NCBI RefSeq assembly: GCF_035497235.1
Contig: NZ_DATJEB010000052.1
Coordinates: 21,260 to 85,259, forward strand
Source: Agriterribacter sp.
Lineage (GTDB): Bacteria > Bacteroidota > Bacteroidia > Chitinophagales > Chitinophagaceae
Direction: 5' to 3'
Length of the DNA stretch: 64,000 nt
Below, in pieces: positions 8,967 through 18,750 of this stretch. Numbering within the stretch: the stretch's first letter is position 1; the number at the start of each line of letters is the position of its first letter. The translations under genes and the position numbers were made by a program. The notes under the pieces were generated by a model. That model had not been told where the DNA came from and ran no database searches. It saw only the letters and a list, made by a program, of their open reading frames with translations.

Positions 8967-11204
8967 TTACTTTAATGCCGGCAGTTTAACGGTTTTTGTT
9001 TCTCCTGCTTTTACCTGCACCAGCGGGCAACGGGAAATAAATCCCTGCGGATAGCTTTTTGCAGGATTATTGTCTATAAATACCCGCACAGAAGCATCAA
9101 ACTTTGTAGGGTTGGTAACAATCAGGTGCTCTCCAGACAGTTTTGCCTGCACATGATCAAAAGTCACTATTTCTTTTTTTGCAGGATTAATGTAGATGCC
9201 GGGTATCTCTGCAACCGTAAGCATAGCGGCTACCTGCGCCCATGTGTTACCATAAAAAATATTGCCAATATCTTCTTTCCCTTCCCAGTCGCTCAGATTC
9301 ACCCTTTCATTAATCCATCCTACATGCTGATCCTTAATAGGCCGGTCGGCACGGGCAATGTATTGCATGATATTATGCGCCACATCGTAAAGCATGCCGA
9401 GATATAATTTATTACCTGTAGCGCGGTACAGTTTTAACAGGCAATCACCCGATGCCGTACAAATCCCCGGCCCGCCATGCTTGTTTTGCGTATTGGCCCA
9501 TACGGCTCCGGTAGTTTTCATATCCAATTGTCCAAACAAAGCAGCAGATGGAAATTGATAATCGTATGTTACCATCCATGTGGAACATAACCCGGCTGCA
9601 TCTTCGGCATATTTTAGCCATTCTTTTTCTTTAGTGATTTCGTAAAGCGTTACAAACGACTCAAGCATGGCAAAAGCAGATTCGGCATCGTTGTTTTGCA
9701 GAATTTCCCCTGGTCCGCCGCAGGAAATGCCTTTCACCGTAAAGTTGTTGTAATAATAACGCGCCGCTTCTTTTGCCACTGCCAGCCATTGCTGCTTATT
9801 TTCAAATTTTGATGCCAATGCCAGACCGGCTATTGCCATTGCAGCGCTATTGCTTCCGCCTACTTTAATTTCACCGGTTTCAATATCCACAAACTGGCCA
9901 AACTGGTGATATTCGTTCCACAACTTTATAAAAGCATCTGCCTGTTTTTGCAAAGGGGCTTTCCAGTCAGCCGGCATCTGCCAGTTGCGGTTTTTGTTTT
10001 TTTGTGAAAAAGCATATTTGTATACAAAATAAAGTGCATCGGCATTTTTGCGCAACAGGTGCAGGTTATCGGGATGTGGAGTTCCAAAACAATCGCTCAC
10101 CCAATTCTTTCCATCGCCACAGCCATAGAACAAACCGCTTTTTGACTGGGTTTGCGTTAATATTTTTTGATAGTTTTTGTAGGCTCTCCCTGCGGAGCTA
10201 TCACTGCCTGTTTCGCTGAGCGGCAAGGTCACCATTAATCCGCCCACCCAGCCAAGCTGCCAGTGCATGTTGATACTTTCCCCGCCCAATGTATAAATAC
10301 TGTCTTTCGCATCCCACCACTCGTTCTCCTGCCTTTCCATCAACTCAAAAGCCTTGCTGAACGGAAGCTGGTCCACACGGGTTTGTGTGCCATAAGCCTT
10401 GCGGATGCTTAGGAATTTATTATTTAAATCTTTGGGTGAAGAAAGATCGTTGAATGTGTACACTTTGTAACGGATCGTAACCTTCTCTCCCGTTTTTAAA
10501 TCTGCACCTGTTTCATTTGATGGAGACAGGTTAGTCATAGAATAATACAGTTTTCTTACAGAAGGGGCGGCAATTGTAAACACGGCTTCGGTACGGCTTT
10601 CATTTTCTTTAAACACAAAAACACTGTTGCCCAGTTCCGTTGCCTGCTCTGTGAGTATCCAGATACCTTTTTTCGTTTTGGGAAAATAAATACCGATGGC
10701 GGGGGTTGACATATCGCCGGTATTCAAATCCATCCTTGATTCGCCCGCATATTTATTTAAACGGGGAACGTTAGTAATGGTTACAGGAAGATGCTTGTTA
10801 TAATCTTTTGATTTAAATAATGGCGCATACGGATAGTTGAGTACATCAAAACGATTGCCATTGTAAGCCGCAGAAGGCACAATGACATAGTTATCCGTTG
10901 ACCAGTTATTAAATAAAAAGCTGATAGCCGCCCCTGCTTTTACAGCATTTCCTTTTGTTACATGAAAAGAATAAACCGATTCATTGCCCATTGCAGTACC
11001 GCTGCTTCTTTTACATTCCCATTCGGCGCCATCGAATGAAACAACGGAACGATTGTTTTGAAACTGAAATAATTGTTGCCTCACCGGGTTGCTGCCATTA
11101 TACCTGAACACCCCGGCACTAACGGTTATGCCTATTGCCGGATTTTGTCCAAAAGACTGAAATGTAATCAGCATTCCTATGGCAAAAATCTGTATTTTAT
11201 TCAT
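8967..11204 (-). CDS. Secreted hypothetical protein, predicted six-hairpin (alpha/alpha)6 glycosidase-like
   Basis: 745-aa ORF with signal peptide. Beta-rich N-half, then helical repeats (WLAVAKEAARYY, ESFVTLYEITKEKEWLKYA, LKLYRATGNKLYL) typical of six-hairpin barrels. No family motif recognised. Confidence 0.65.
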   Translation of the reverse strand: MNKIQIFAIGMLITFQSFGQNPAIGITVSAGVFRYNGSNPVRQQLFQFQNNRSVVSFDGAEWECKRSSGTAMGNESVYSFHVTKGNAVKAGAAISFLFNNWSTDNYVIVPSAAYNGNRFDVLNYPYAPLFKSKDYNKHLPVTITNVPRLNKYAGESRMDLNTGDMSTPAIGIYFPKTKKGIWILTEQATELGNSVFVFKENESRTEAVFTIAAPSVRKLYYSMTNLSPSNETGADLKTGEKVTIRYKVYTFNDLSSPKDLNNKFLSIRKAYGTQTRVDQLPFSKAFELMERQENEWWDAKDSIYTLGGESINMHWQLGWVGGLMVTLPLSETGSDSSAGRAYKNYQKILTQTQSKSGLFYGCGDGKNWVSDCFGTPHPDNLHLLRKNADALYFVYKYAFSQKNKNRNWQMPADWKAPLQKQADAFIKLWNEYHQFGQFVDIETGEIKVGGSNSAAMAIAGLALASKFENKQQWLAVAKEAARYYYNNFTVKGISCGGPGEILQNNDAESAFAMLESFVTLYEITKEKEWLKYAEDAAGLCSTWMVTYDYQFPSAALFGQLDMKTTGAVWANTQNKHGGPGICTASGDCLLKLYRATGNKLYLGMLYDVAHNIMQYIARADRPIKDQHVGWINERVNLSDWEGKEDIGNIFYGNTWAQVAAMLTVAEIPGIYINPAKKEIVTFDHVQAKLSGEHLIVTNPTKFDASVRVFIDNNPAKSYPQGFISRCPLVQVKAGETKTVKLPALK

Positions 11205-11403
11205 AAAGTTTTATTTGAGTATTTATAGATGGAACAAGATTGTGAATCTTCAAAGCCAGGATTTCAGGGTTCTTTAAAAATAGGTGGATCTGGTGCATCA
11301 AAATGGGTGGCCGGTTTCAACGGTTCTTCCAAAGGAACACCTGTTTTCTTTTGTCGTGAAGGGGAATAGTTTTTTATCATCACGAAAAATTTTGTACAAC
11401 CAA

Positions 11404-12456
11404 TCAGGAAATAGTTTGAAACTCAAAAATGGTGGTTGCCTGATACAACTCCCCCGGCAGCAAAACCACATTCGGAAAATGAGCATGGTTGGGCGCATCG
11501 GGAAAAGCCTGTGTTTCCAGTGCAATAGCGCCGTGTTGCCGATAAAGCTTTCCCTGTGCGCCTGTCAGTGTTCCATCCCACCAGTTGGCAGTATAAATAT
11601 GAACGCCGGGACTGTTTGAATAAACCTTCAACACCCGCCCGGATGAAGGATCTGACAACGCTGCTGCGCAAGCCAAATTTCCGTTTTTCGTGTTCAATAC
11701 AAAATCATGGTCGTACCCTATATCTTCTGCAAGCTGCCCGATATGCTCTCCGATTCTTTTGGGCAATATAAAATCAAACACCGTATCCTTTACAGGGGCG
11801 ATTTCTCCCGTAGGAATATTATTTGAATTTTTAACAAGATAGCCATCGGCGAATATCTGCAACCGGTGGTTGATTATGCTTCCATCGTCAAAACCGGAAA
11901 GATTAAAATAAGTGTGATTGGTAAGGTTCACAATCGTAGGCATATCCGTTTCGGCAAAAAAGAAAATGCACAGACCCGCATGATCCAGTAAATATTTCAC
12001 CGTTACTTTCAGGTTTCCCGGATAGCCTTCTTCGCCATCCTTACTCAGATAAAATAATTCCACGCCAACTTTATCGTTTTCGCTAATGATCGCTTTTATT
12101 TCCCAAAGCTGTCTGTGAAATCCTCCCGGTCCTCCGTGCAGGTGGTTCAGCCCATCGTTGATGGACAATTGGTATTCCCTGCCATTGAGATAAAATTTGC
12201 CATTCGCAATGCGGTTGGCAAACCTGCCAATGAAGCAGCCAATGTAAGGATGATTGCTGAGATAAGGTTGCAGCGAAGAAAATCCGGCTGTAATATTTTT
12301 TTTGTTTCCCGAAACATCAGGTGTATCAATGGAAACGATCGTTGCACCGTAATTTGTAATGGTTACATCAACAACGCCATTGCTCATACAGATGAGCGAA
12401 GCAATGCCTTGCTGTGTTTTTCCAAATGCAGTAACATCAATATTAAATTTATTCAT
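11404..12456 (-). CDS. galM: Aldose 1-epimerase (galactose mutarotase)
   Basis: YIGCFIGRFANRI, NHLHGG, YPGNL, NLTNHTYFNL, YDHDF, ALETQAFPDAPN motifs. Confidence 0.93.
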   Translation of the reverse strand: MNKFNIDVTAFGKTQQGIASLICMSNGVVDVTITNYGATIVSIDTPDVSGNKKNITAGFSSLQPYLSNHPYIGCFIGRFANRIANGKFYLNGREYQLSINDGLNHLHGGPGGFHRQLWEIKAIISENDKVGVELFYLSKDGEEGYPGNLKVTVKYLLDHAGLCIFFFAETDMPTIVNLTNHTYFNLSGFDDGSIINHRLQIFADGYLVKNSNNIPTGEIAPVKDTVFDFILPKRIGEHIGQLAEDIGYDHDFVLNTKNGNLACAAALSDPSSGRVLKVYSNSPGVHIYTANWWDGTLTGAQGKLYRQHGAIALETQAFPDAPNHAHFPNVVLLPGELYQATTIFEFQTIS

Positions 12457-12505
12457 GCTTATAAGATATTAAAACGAACGGTGCTATTGATTCATAATTT
12501 CTTAA

Positions 12506-12824
12506 GGAACCGTAGCCTTCCTGCTTCATATAAGGCAACACTTCCCGGCTGCATAAGACAGGCGCCCTGAGACTTACGCTTAATACTTCATCAACGACTA
12601 ACAAAGTCAGTAATTTCCTGCTCGTTTCGTATATCAACCATCTTACTGAACACCGCTGTTCCATGGCGCTTCAATTGAAGAGCGGTTTGGGCGAGGGTTA
12701 TTCCATTGATATCACAGATGGCCAGTTTTGAACCATGCTGTGCCATTGCTTCGGCAATTCCCCGGCCGATACCTTCCCCGGCTCCTGTTACAATCGTTTT
12801 TTTATTCAATAATTTTTTCATCAC
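12506..12824 (-). pseudogene. SDR-family oxidoreductase remnant with internal deletion and truncation
   Basis: IVTGAGEGIGRGIA..AICDIN NAD-binding start, stop at 12591-12593. A second frame continues VDEVLSVSLRAPVLCSREVLPYMKQEGYGS. The LVNNAG strand and the YxxxK region are absent. Confidence 0.8.
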
Positions 12825-13101
12825 ACAGGAAGCTTGTAAATATTATTTCCATTTCCGAAGGACTTAACCCTTTGTATGGGATTATGTATATATGTACAAA
12901 CAAATATAAGACATCTGAAACAAAGTCATAACCGCAAAAACTAAAAAATCCAAGCCCTAAACAAACACCGGCAATCGCCTGCAGGTATGTGGCGGCAGTA
13001 ATACCCGGTGTTCCGGCATAGTCAGCCATTTCACCGGCAAAGCTATAGTTGTATACAGCAGTTGACTGAAAATACAACCATCCTTTACCGAAAAGACGCA
13101 T
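12802..13101 (-). pseudogene. Possible small membrane-protein remnant (DoxX-like?)
   Basis: Hydrophobic stretch NYSFAGEMADYAGTPGITAATYLQAIAGVCLGLGFFSFCGY loosely recalls DoxX proteins; no clean start. Weak. Confidence 0.25.
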
Positions 13102-13175
13102 TCGAAATTAGGCAGCCTGTTTTAATAAAAATATACAAACCGATACAAAAGATAGACTATCCTGTAGTTGATTTT

Positions 13176-16088
13176 TTAAAATTCTACCTTAATGGTACTC
13201 ATGCCAAAGGGCAAAAGCGAAATATCTTCTATAATTTGTTTACCCGGGTTTTCTTCTGTATCGCATTGGTAAACAGCTTTAGGATTGCTGGTTGAAAAAT
13301 CCAGCTTTACTGTTTCTGCTTTATCTGACAATGAACGCAGCCGCAATATAACTGCTTTGCTTTCATCTGTTGATTTCAAAATTGTTACTACCACTTTATC
13401 ATTGTCAATATTAACAAAAGGAGAAAGCTTTGGATCTTTATTGGCCATCACATGTACCAATGGCTGTGCCTGCTCCATACCAAAGCGATTGGCCGCAGCC
13501 GCATCATAAGTGCCATGCGGCATAATGCGGTAACGAAAATCAACCGGGCCTTCCTGTGTTAAAGGAAAATTGGTATGCCAGTGATTGTTCATCACCCAGG
13601 AATAAACAGAGGAAGAAGGTTCTGTTTTTTGTACCCATGGTCCTTTGCTTCCCCAGCCTAATGCAATATTGGCTGTCATCTTTCCATATTCAAACAAAGG
13701 CGCATCTAAGGAGCACCATGTTACGCCCTGTTTATCGTTCGATACATCGAGCCAGCGCTGTAAAGCAATCCAGTTGCGGTTCCCCTGCGGCCACTGATCT
13801 TTATCTATCTCCATCACTCCCCAGGGTATATCTACCCTGGTTTTTGCATGGGGAATATTAAAGCCAAAACCAAAATGAATTCCATCTTTGGCCGGTAATG
13901 GCAGTTTATCCACTGTATTCTTAATCTCTACCCAGGGTTGCCCAGCAACGAGGCGGATTACCCGGCTCACAGACCGTACACCCCTGCCCTGCGATTGTAT
14001 TTTCATTTCCACCAGCAGCGGGCCGTTTTCAGTTACCGTTACCTTAATGTTGCTATCTGCCACCGGTGCATCTATATTGGCAGGAAGCCAGTAAAAAGCA
14101 TTCAATCCATTTGTTTTTTCATCGGCATAATTGTAGCCTGTTTTCAGGTTGATTAATTGAGTAATATTTCCCGTAGCCGCATTGACCGTCACTTTCAGCA
14201 ATCCGTTTTCAAGCGTTGTTTGATTTACCTTACAAACTGAGGTAACATTGCTATTACCCTTTACAACCCTGAAATGCTTTGAAGCCAATGCAGGAATACC
14301 GCCCGCCCAAAAAACAAGTTCGCCGGTGCTTAATCGCTGCGAAGGCATTTCAGCGCCCAGTTCATCCGTCACTTTATCGCCCCAACTGCTCTCCAGTTTG
14401 TTGAGTGTGATAAGTCCTCCATGGTTCCAGGAATTGGTATTGAACACGGCCACTCCGCCGGCGGAAGGCCCGCCTGCAGGACCTAAGGCTCCATCCGATT
14501 TATCAGTGGCGGGCGCCAGGGCATCATCGTACAATGTTTGCGAACGTTCATCAGCCTGGTGGAAATAATCTTTTTTTACTTTAAAGATCGCATCAAGGAA
14601 ATAAGGTTCCGCAGGGTTTTCATTGCACTAGGTATGTTCTGATCCTAATGCGATATAGCGCCAGGCCTCATCAAATTCTTCTCTTGGAATACTGCGGTGA
14701 GGATTAAGCATGGTCCATAATTTTTCGGCCTGTATTAACCGCTCTTTGGAATTACGATTCATGGCTGTTAAACCGGCGGCGGTGCCGAGGCCATCGGTCC
14801 AGTATTCGGTATAGTCGCCCTTTACAACCGGAAGCTGTTCGCCATAATTGGTTTCGATATACTGCATAATTTCTCTTCCGCCGGAAATGATAATTTTGGG
14901 ATATGCATATTTTTCATTCCAGTCTTTCACAGCATAAGGTATATCCGCATCTATAGGATTGTTATCCCAAAGCGACCAGGACAAAGCCATAAAATCATAA
15001 GGATACTTTTCCTTTTCCATCTGCACTAACTTATCGGTAAAGTTTACGTTGGCGCTTCCCGTTTTAATAACGGCAGGCACTTTCAGCGGATCCCGCTGTC
15101 CAAACCAGGGGCGGCCTGTGGCGCCGCCTTTATTCATGCTGCCGCTGTTGGCATAACTACCCGGCTGAAAGAAAAGTACTTTGGATTTACCATCAGGCCC
15201 CAGCCACCAAAAAGGAAAGCGGTCAATGTTTTTATGCGCATTGCCCGCCCTGTCGGTATTGGGCCAGGCTATCACATAGCGGATTCCCTGCTGCGCCAAT
15301 ACCGGCACTATCCCCCAACTAATGCCGGGAATATCAAACTGCTGAAAAACATCAATGGGTGTGCCACTCAACTGTTGCAGTTTTCTGCTGAACTTAAAAG
15401 CATGAAACAATTCCTCATCGGCACATACGCTGGTATTCAGGTTCAGGTAACTGGCATCAATACTTAAGCGGTCATCCTTAATCGCCCGGATAATTTTCTC
15501 TCTTTGCTGCGGTTGTGTATTCCACAAACGCTCCACCGGCCAGGTTACTTCAGGGTTCCATTTAAACCTCGCACCTTCAGGAAAATGCCTGGTTTCTTCT
15601 GCCAGTTTGATTCCTTCAAGCACATTGGTTTTGTGGAGTATCTCTACATTTTTATGCGTATTGGTGTAACCAATGTCCACATGCGAATGATTGTAGAGAT
15701 AGATAGTCCAATACCGCATCGGGGAAACTATAAAAGATTTTTTTATTTTTGTTTTGCCAACATTAAGGTTTATCGTTACCAGTGTTTCCTTTTCAACTCC
15801 CACTCCACCCGGCAATAACACCGTAGCAACCGTATCACCGGTAGCAGATGGTACAATTTCAGTTGATTCCTTAAACCCTTTCCCGCTTAGTTCGGCTTTT
15901 GCTTTCTGAAGAAGTTTATCGCCTGAAAATTGAATTAAAACTTCACGACCGGGTTTACCATCGGCCCGATAACGATATACAGGTTGTGGTATGCATTGGA
16001 TGTTTTGTATAGCTAACTGGCAAAAACTATCAACAGATGCTGTCATTAAAACCGTTAACAGTAACAGCAATTTAAACAAGGTACTCAT
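13176..16088 (-). pseudogene. GH38-like alpha-mannosidase interrupted by one in-frame TAG (970 aa if read through)
   Basis: HSHVDIGY metal motif, KWNPE, QFDIPG. ORFs 14628..16088 and 13176..14534 share a frame, and the bridge reads SEHT*CNENPAEPYFLDAIFKVKKDYFHQADERSQTLYDD with only the TAG at 14628-14630. Confidence 0.88.
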
Positions 16089-16178
16089 ATTGACAAGGAT
16101 GAAATTTGGGGTTAAAAAAATATTTGGTGCTATTCTAAAACAGGCTTTCTAAATCTTTTGCAATATTATACTAAAACG

Positions 16179-16310
16179 TTACTTCGTTAACAGGAGCTCC
16201 AATACTTCCAGCGTTTTGCCCTTTGTTTCCGGCACTTTCCATTTGAGATAAACAAAATAGACGGCGCATAAAGCCGCAAAAATAAGGAGGGCGGCAGCTA
16301 CGCCCAGGGG
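16179..16310 (-). pseudogene. C-terminal stub of an MFS sugar-porter gene
   Basis: Translates PLGVAAALLIFAALCAVYFVYLKWKVPETKGKTLEVLELLLTK*. The last TM helix plus PETKGKTLE is the sugar-porter signature; the upstream part is replaced by the repeat at 16311. Confidence 0.8.
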
Positions 16311-16389
16311 TGCATTCCAAATTGTCGCCTTACTTTGCTTCATGTGGGCGGTGAAGACACTGCCCCGGCTGGTGACAATTTGGAATGCA
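16311..16389. repeat. REP/REPIN-like palindromic element, copy 1
   Basis: Perfect 16-bp terminal inverted repeat TGCATTCCAAATTGTC / GACAATTTGGAATGCA, inner hairpin GGGCGGTG-AAGA-CACTGCCC; close match to 45767-45839. Confidence 0.8.
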
Positions 16390-16538
16390 TCCGCGATATT
16401 ATATTCCGGCTAATCAAATATATATTTGGAGACCAGGAAAATAAAACTTCCCGGAGAAATGCAGAATTATTTGGAGACCTGGTTATAGAAAACAACGGTT
16501 TGAAATACCATTACAATTACCAAACAATGTATCATATC

Positions 16539-18479
16539 ATGAAAAGTAAACTGATCCTTTTATTTCTATTATCTTTTTGTACCAGTTATGAAAGTTATTC
16601 AAGAGAATACCACGTATCAGTTAATGGCAGCGATAGTTATATTGGCACAGTTGAGAAACCATTCCGCACTATAAATTTTGCTGCACAGGTTGCCGTGCCG
16701 GGAGACACCATCACCGTTCATGCAGGTATATACAGAGAATGGATTAATCCCAAAAATGGGGGTACAGGCAATGATAAGCGTATTACTTATCGTGCTGCTC
16801 CCGGTGAAAAAGTTGAACTAAAAGGTTCAGAAACTATTACGGGATGGAAAGAAATGCAGAAAGGAATATGGCAAGTGTCTCTGCCCAACTCTTTTTTTGA
16901 AGAGTATAACGCCTGTAATGATTTGGTGTATGGCGACTGGTGCGATAATTTCAGTAAAGTGCACACCGCCGATCTGTTTATCAATGGAAAGTCTTTATAC
17001 GAAACCGACAGTCTTGAAAAAGTGATGAGGCCCGTGCCGTTTGAAAAAACAAGGGATAAGGAAGGCTCATTATATAAATGGCATTGCAAAGTAAATGGCG
17101 ACAGCACTACACTCTACGCCAATTTTCAAAACCTGAATCCTACAAAAGCATTAACGGAGCTCAGTATTCGTAAAACGGTTTTTTATCCCGAAAAAACAGG
17201 TATCAATTATCTTACCATCCAGGGATTTGACATCAGCCAGGCAGCCACACAATGGGGCGCGCCTACTGCCGGTCAAATTGGCATGATTGCCACCCACTGG
17301 AACAAAGGATGGATCATTGAAAACAATACGATACATGACAGCAAATGTTCTGGAATTACACTGGGCAAAGAAAGAGGCACGGGTCAGGATGTGTGGTCAA
17401 AAGACCCAAGCTACGATGGTTCATTGCATTACATTGAAGTTACCTTCAGGGTATTAAGAAACGGATGGAATAAAGAAAACATCGGTTCACATATTGTACG
17501 AAACAATACCATTTACAATTGCGGGCAAACTGGCATTTGTGGAAGCTTTGGGGCCGCATTCAGTCTTATTCAGCACAATCACATTTACAACATACATCAG
17601 AAAAAACAATTTTCCGGTGCAGAACTGGCAGGCATCAAACTTCACGCAGCTATTGATGTGGTGTTGGAAAATAACCGCATTCATGATGCTGGCGCATTCG
17701 GCTTCTGGATGGACTGGATGGCGCAGGGTACCAGGATTTCTAAAAACTTATTATACCGTAACGACTGGCAGGACATGTTTTTTGAAGTGGACCACGGGCC
17801 TTACCTCGTGGACAATAACATTATGCTCTCGGACCAAAGCCTTGCCACGCAATCGGAAGGTGGCGCATTTGTACACAATCTTTTTGCAGGCAGTATGATC
17901 GTATGGTCGGACCCCAGCCGCTTTACGCCTTACCATTTACCACATAGCACAGCTATAGCCGGACTGGCCACTGTAGTAGCAGGCGATGACCGTTATTACA
18001 ATAATGTATTTGTGGGCAAAGGCAATGATACTGTCAAATACAAAAATCAAAAGTTTGGAATGCTGGTGTATAACAAAGATCCCAACGTCCCAAAAACAAA
18101 ATCGCACACCAATCTCAGTGACCGATGGCCTGTATGGATTAACAACAACGTGTACAGCCATGGCGCACAACCCTGGAATGAAGAAAAGGACTTTATACAG
18201 GAAGACAATTTCGACCCCGGATTGCAATTACTCGAAGAAGGCGCCAATGTTTATCTGCAGTTTATTTCAGACGAAAACCTGCCTTCCATGAATACCCAAT
18301 TAATCACAACCGCTGTATTGGGAAAAACCAAACTGCCTAAAGCGGTTTATGAAAACCCGGACGGCACGGCGCTCAGCATTGATACGGACATTACAGGAAA
18401 GAAAAGAAATGCTGCACAACCCACACCGGGGCCCATTGAAAACCCGGGAAACGGGGTAGTGAAAATTAAAGTGTGGTGA
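16539..18479 (+). CDS. GH120-family beta-helix glycosidase (beta-xylosidase-like)
   Basis: Signal peptide from ATG 16539; EYHVSVNG..PFRTI..AVPGDTITVHAGIYREW; QAATQWGAPTAGQIG; HWNKGWIIENN; GSHIVRNNTIYNCGQTGI; AELAGIKLHAAID. The longer ORF start at 16335 runs through the repeat and is not credible. Confidence 0.85.
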   Translation: MKSKLILLFLLSFCTSYESYSREYHVSVNGSDSYIGTVEKPFRTINFAAQVAVPGDTITVHAGIYREWINPKNGGTGNDKRITYRAAPGEKVELKGSETITGWKEMQKGIWQVSLPNSFFEEYNACNDLVYGDWCDNFSKVHTADLFINGKSLYETDSLEKVMRPVPFEKTRDKEGSLYKWHCKVNGDSTTLYANFQNLNPTKALTELSIRKTVFYPEKTGINYLTIQGFDISQAATQWGAPTAGQIGMIATHWNKGWIIENNTIHDSKCSGITLGKERGTGQDVWSKDPSYDGSLHYIEVTFRVLRNGWNKENIGSHIVRNNTIYNCGQTGICGSFGAAFSLIQHNHIYNIHQKKQFSGAELAGIKLHAAIDVVLENNRIHDAGAFGFWMDWMAQGTRISKNLLYRNDWQDMFFEVDHGPYLVDNNIMLSDQSLATQSEGGAFVHNLFAGSMIVWSDPSRFTPYHLPHSTAIAGLATVVAGDDRYYNNVFVGKGNDTVKYKNQKFGMLVYNKDPNVPKTKSHTNLSDRWPVWINNNVYSHGAQPWNEEKDFIQEDNFDPGLQLLEEGANVYLQFISDENLPSMNTQLITTAVLGKTKLPKAVYENPDGTALSIDTDITGKKRNAAQPTPGPIENPGNGVVKIKVW

Positions 18480-18732
18480 TAAAGATACCCAACATAGAAA
18501 CGCCCGTATCTCCCGGGTCTGCAGTTGGAGGAGTGTTGATTATTAATACGACCAAAGCTGAAGTAGCCCGTTTGCTCACCATAGCCGGGCAGCCACCTAA
18601 AGTATTGAGTAGTGCAGCTATAGTGGGGCAGAAAGGGCTGTTCAGTTATTTGAAAGCGCTTATGATGAACATGCGCATCGCCTGGCAGCATTATATACAT
18701 TTGGAGAAAAGCCGGTTTCTTTTATTCATTAA
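18480..18732 (+). pseudogene. C-terminal stub of an SIS-domain (sugar isomerase) gene, frameshifted
   Basis: TPVSPGSAVGGVLIINTTKAEVARLLTIAGQPPKVLSSAAIVG; restoring one G in the run at 18625-18628 continues AERAVQLFESAYDEHAHRLAALY..* (TAA 18730-18732). No N-terminal part after the GH120 stop. Confidence 0.65.
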
Positions 18733-18750
18733 TAAATACAAACGCATACA

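Noticed and set aside
11210-11403. Possible gene remnant between galM and the 745-aa gene (PLEEPLKPATHFDAPDPPIFKEP)
   Set aside because: Too short and no recognisable motif.
14628-14630. Amber recoding (pyrrolysine) or an alternative genetic code to explain the in-frame TAG
   Set aside because: No pyl genes are visible, several intact genes here end normally in TAG, and the position fits a simple TGG-to-TAG change.
16335-16538. Long N-terminal extension of the GH120 ORF
   Set aside because: It runs through the palindromic repeat and promoter-like DNA; a normal signal peptide starts at 16539.
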